Shown here: positions 61,607 to 64,000 of the stretch, piece by piece
Position numbering within the stretch: the stretch's first letter is position 1
Layout: each line of letters opens with the position of its first letter
DNA from: Geosiphon pyriformis uo1
Taxonomy: Eukaryota > Fungi > Glomeromycota
Direction: 5' to 3'
Length of the DNA: 64,000 bases
Assembly: GCA_016748015.1 (NCBI GenBank)
Contig: JAAOMT010000512.1
Span: forward strand, 1,436,893 to 1,500,892
Made by a program: the position numbers and the translations under genes
Notes under the pieces: model-generated
The model's database searches: none
What the model was told of the DNA's origin: nothing
The model's input: the letters and a program-made list of their open reading frames with translations, nothing else

Positions 61607-64000
61607 TATTACTTATAGAAAAAACATACAAGAAAATAGTAAAAAAAACAGATAGACTAATAAAAAAATAGTAATTAATACATGAGCATATTGTTTAGTA
61701 ATGTAAAACATTGTCAGGAATTATAGCATATTGCTTAGCAATATGGAGCAATGTCAAAAAATTATAGCATATTGTTCAGCAATGTAAGTATTGCTTGAGA
61801 AATTATAGCATATTACTTAAGAATGTGAATAATCTTATAGAACCCAAATTATGTATATATAGCAAGAGTATTAAAAGCAGAAAAAAAAAAATTGATACCA
61901 AGATCTCTTAGTTAGAATATTTTAGTTAAAATCATCAATATTAATAAATTATTATTTATTATCTAACTCACTCTTCCCATTATTAATACTTCATGTTAAT
62001 AGTATTTAATACTTGATTATATTGGAACAATAACTCTTAATTATGATTATTAACAAAATACTAGCTTTTCTTGTCTTAGCTTATTTTTTATTTTATTTTT
62101 TTATTTATTTTATTTTTTTTCTTTTGTTGTTTACTAATTGATTAAAAAAATTAATGTGCAGGATACAGATATTAAGATATAATATTGGTAAAAGACCCAA
62201 AAATAAGAGTAAACACTCAAAATTGAGAATAGTTTACCAAAAAAATTATTAGCTATCATACTAAGAAAAAAATTGACAGAATTGCAATTCTGAAAAGTAA
62301 TGGACAACAAAACATACTAACCCAAAGGTTAACACTTAAAACATTACTAAAGAAAATCTCTATTGAATCTCTGTTCATTATACTAAGGACTCAACTAAAG
62401 CCTTCAGATTACTCAAAATCTTTAGATATTACCTATTGTATTAGCTATTAAGTACCAAGTTATGGATTTGTTATTTGCTTTGAGACCCCAAATAATCACT
62501 TATAATATTTAATGCTCTCTGTAAGATATAATTCAACAGAAAACCAGCACCAACAACAACCATCTGAAACAGTAACAGAATCAGAAGAAATAAGGACAAA
62601 CCATTTGGAATTTGCAAAATCCTTATTCTAGTATTACAAAGATTATCTTAAATTAACAAATAATAATTGGCCAGCAGAATCAGCTTTCAATTGTTACATT
62701 AATAAAAGAATCATATATTATTTGAGAAACCAAGGAGATCCAAAATTTGTCTTCAACAATTTCTTTAGTGAACTACTTCAAAGCATCACACTGCCACAGA
62801 ATCATATATTTGCACCACTAATTACAGAAATAAACAGAAAAATTGAAAAGTACATTAAACAAAAATTCTCTATTACTTTTGCTAACAAAAAAAAAAGATT
62901 ACAAACATCAACAGAAACTTCAAAACAAATACAATTACCTACTTGGAAGAAACAGAGAGTTGGTTCACTTGCTAATCTATTATATCATCACACACTCAAA
63001 AGTATTATCAATATAACATTAATAGACACATCTACTGCAAATATAATAATACCACTAAACAGAATCCCATTCCAAAATAAACAGAAGAAAACAAAATTAT
63101 TAGGAACATATAGCAATTATTTTGAGAGATTTAAATCACGATTTTCAATGCCATCAGAAGTTCAATTAACACCACCACAACCAGATTTTGAAGCTGCTAG
63201 TTTTTGGAAAATAACCAATTCCAAGGAAGAGAAAGATAACAATCAGGAAATTAATAATCAAAACCTGATCTCAAAAAACTCAGAAATACAAACTCCAATT
63301 GTTTCAACTCCACAAAATCAGAACAATTCAAATATTGCTCCTATTGTTCTCCAAAACTTACTTCTAGTAATTGTGATCAATTTACCACCAGGTGCATCAA
63401 TCACCAAGCAGCAACAACAACAGCCACAACTACCATCCCAACAGCAACTTCAATCATAATTTCAACTACAATCACAACTACAACAATTACTATTAATATC
63501 AATAGCACACATACCAATTGCAAAACTTGAAAAATTCACTGACAAAGAAGATAATATACAAGTATGACTCAATAACATAGAAAAAGCCATCACAGCCAAT
63601 GAATGAAATAACACCAGAGCAGTATAAACAATCCCATATTTTCTTCAGAATACTGCCAATTCATAATATTAAAGTCTGATTCAAAAAACCCAAAATTTTA
63701 ATGTATTCAAAGTTGAATTTTTGAAATATTTTAGTAACAATAATAGCATTAATTGTCTAGCCAATACTTTTACAACCATCAAACAAGGAGATACTAAAGT
63801 CATTACTACTTATCTAAAATGCTTCTATTAAAATTTATGCCAAATCCAAGCCATTGATGCCAATTATTTCACAATAACCCAAATCTTGAATTGGTTTATT
63901 CACAGATTACACAGCAGCATTCTACAATGCATACATCCATTACATTTGGCTATACTTTAAGCCATAGTTATACACACCAAAGATTTTGAATCAGCTGAAT
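61607..64000 (+). mobile_element. Ty3/Gypsy element E (family 1), 5' part: LTR 61607-62507, decayed PBS, gag
   Basis: LTR matches the reverse complement of the B/D LTRs; gag track ORF 62722-63459, then PIAKLEKF capsid. Confidence 0.9.

Overview
This very AT-rich eukaryotic window is a nested stack of decayed retrotransposons, and I see no intact host gene. It holds six Ty3/Gypsy LTR elements from three LTR families: Z, B, D and E (family 1), A plus an A-type solo LTR (family 2), and C (family 3). It also holds about eight copies or fragments of an APE-RT-RNase H LINE family. The repeat style resembles Glomeromycotina fungi such as Geosiphon; this is from pattern memory only and is unverified. 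All three Gypsy families share an unusual layout. A long gag-pol frame appears to start at a conserved GTG in Kozak-like context and runs N-terminal helical extension, capsid, CCHC knuckle, protease, a ~200-aa cysteine-rich domain, a five-motif dUTPase, RT and RNase H. Integrase then follows with its own ATG after a stop or frame break. A conserved ~210-230 aa third ORF with no obvious membrane segment ends at the polypurine tract. Target-site duplications are 4 bp with a central pyrimidine-purine step. All copies are riddled with C:G to T:A transitions. LTR and TSD boundaries were read to the base; internal domain boundaries are approximate.
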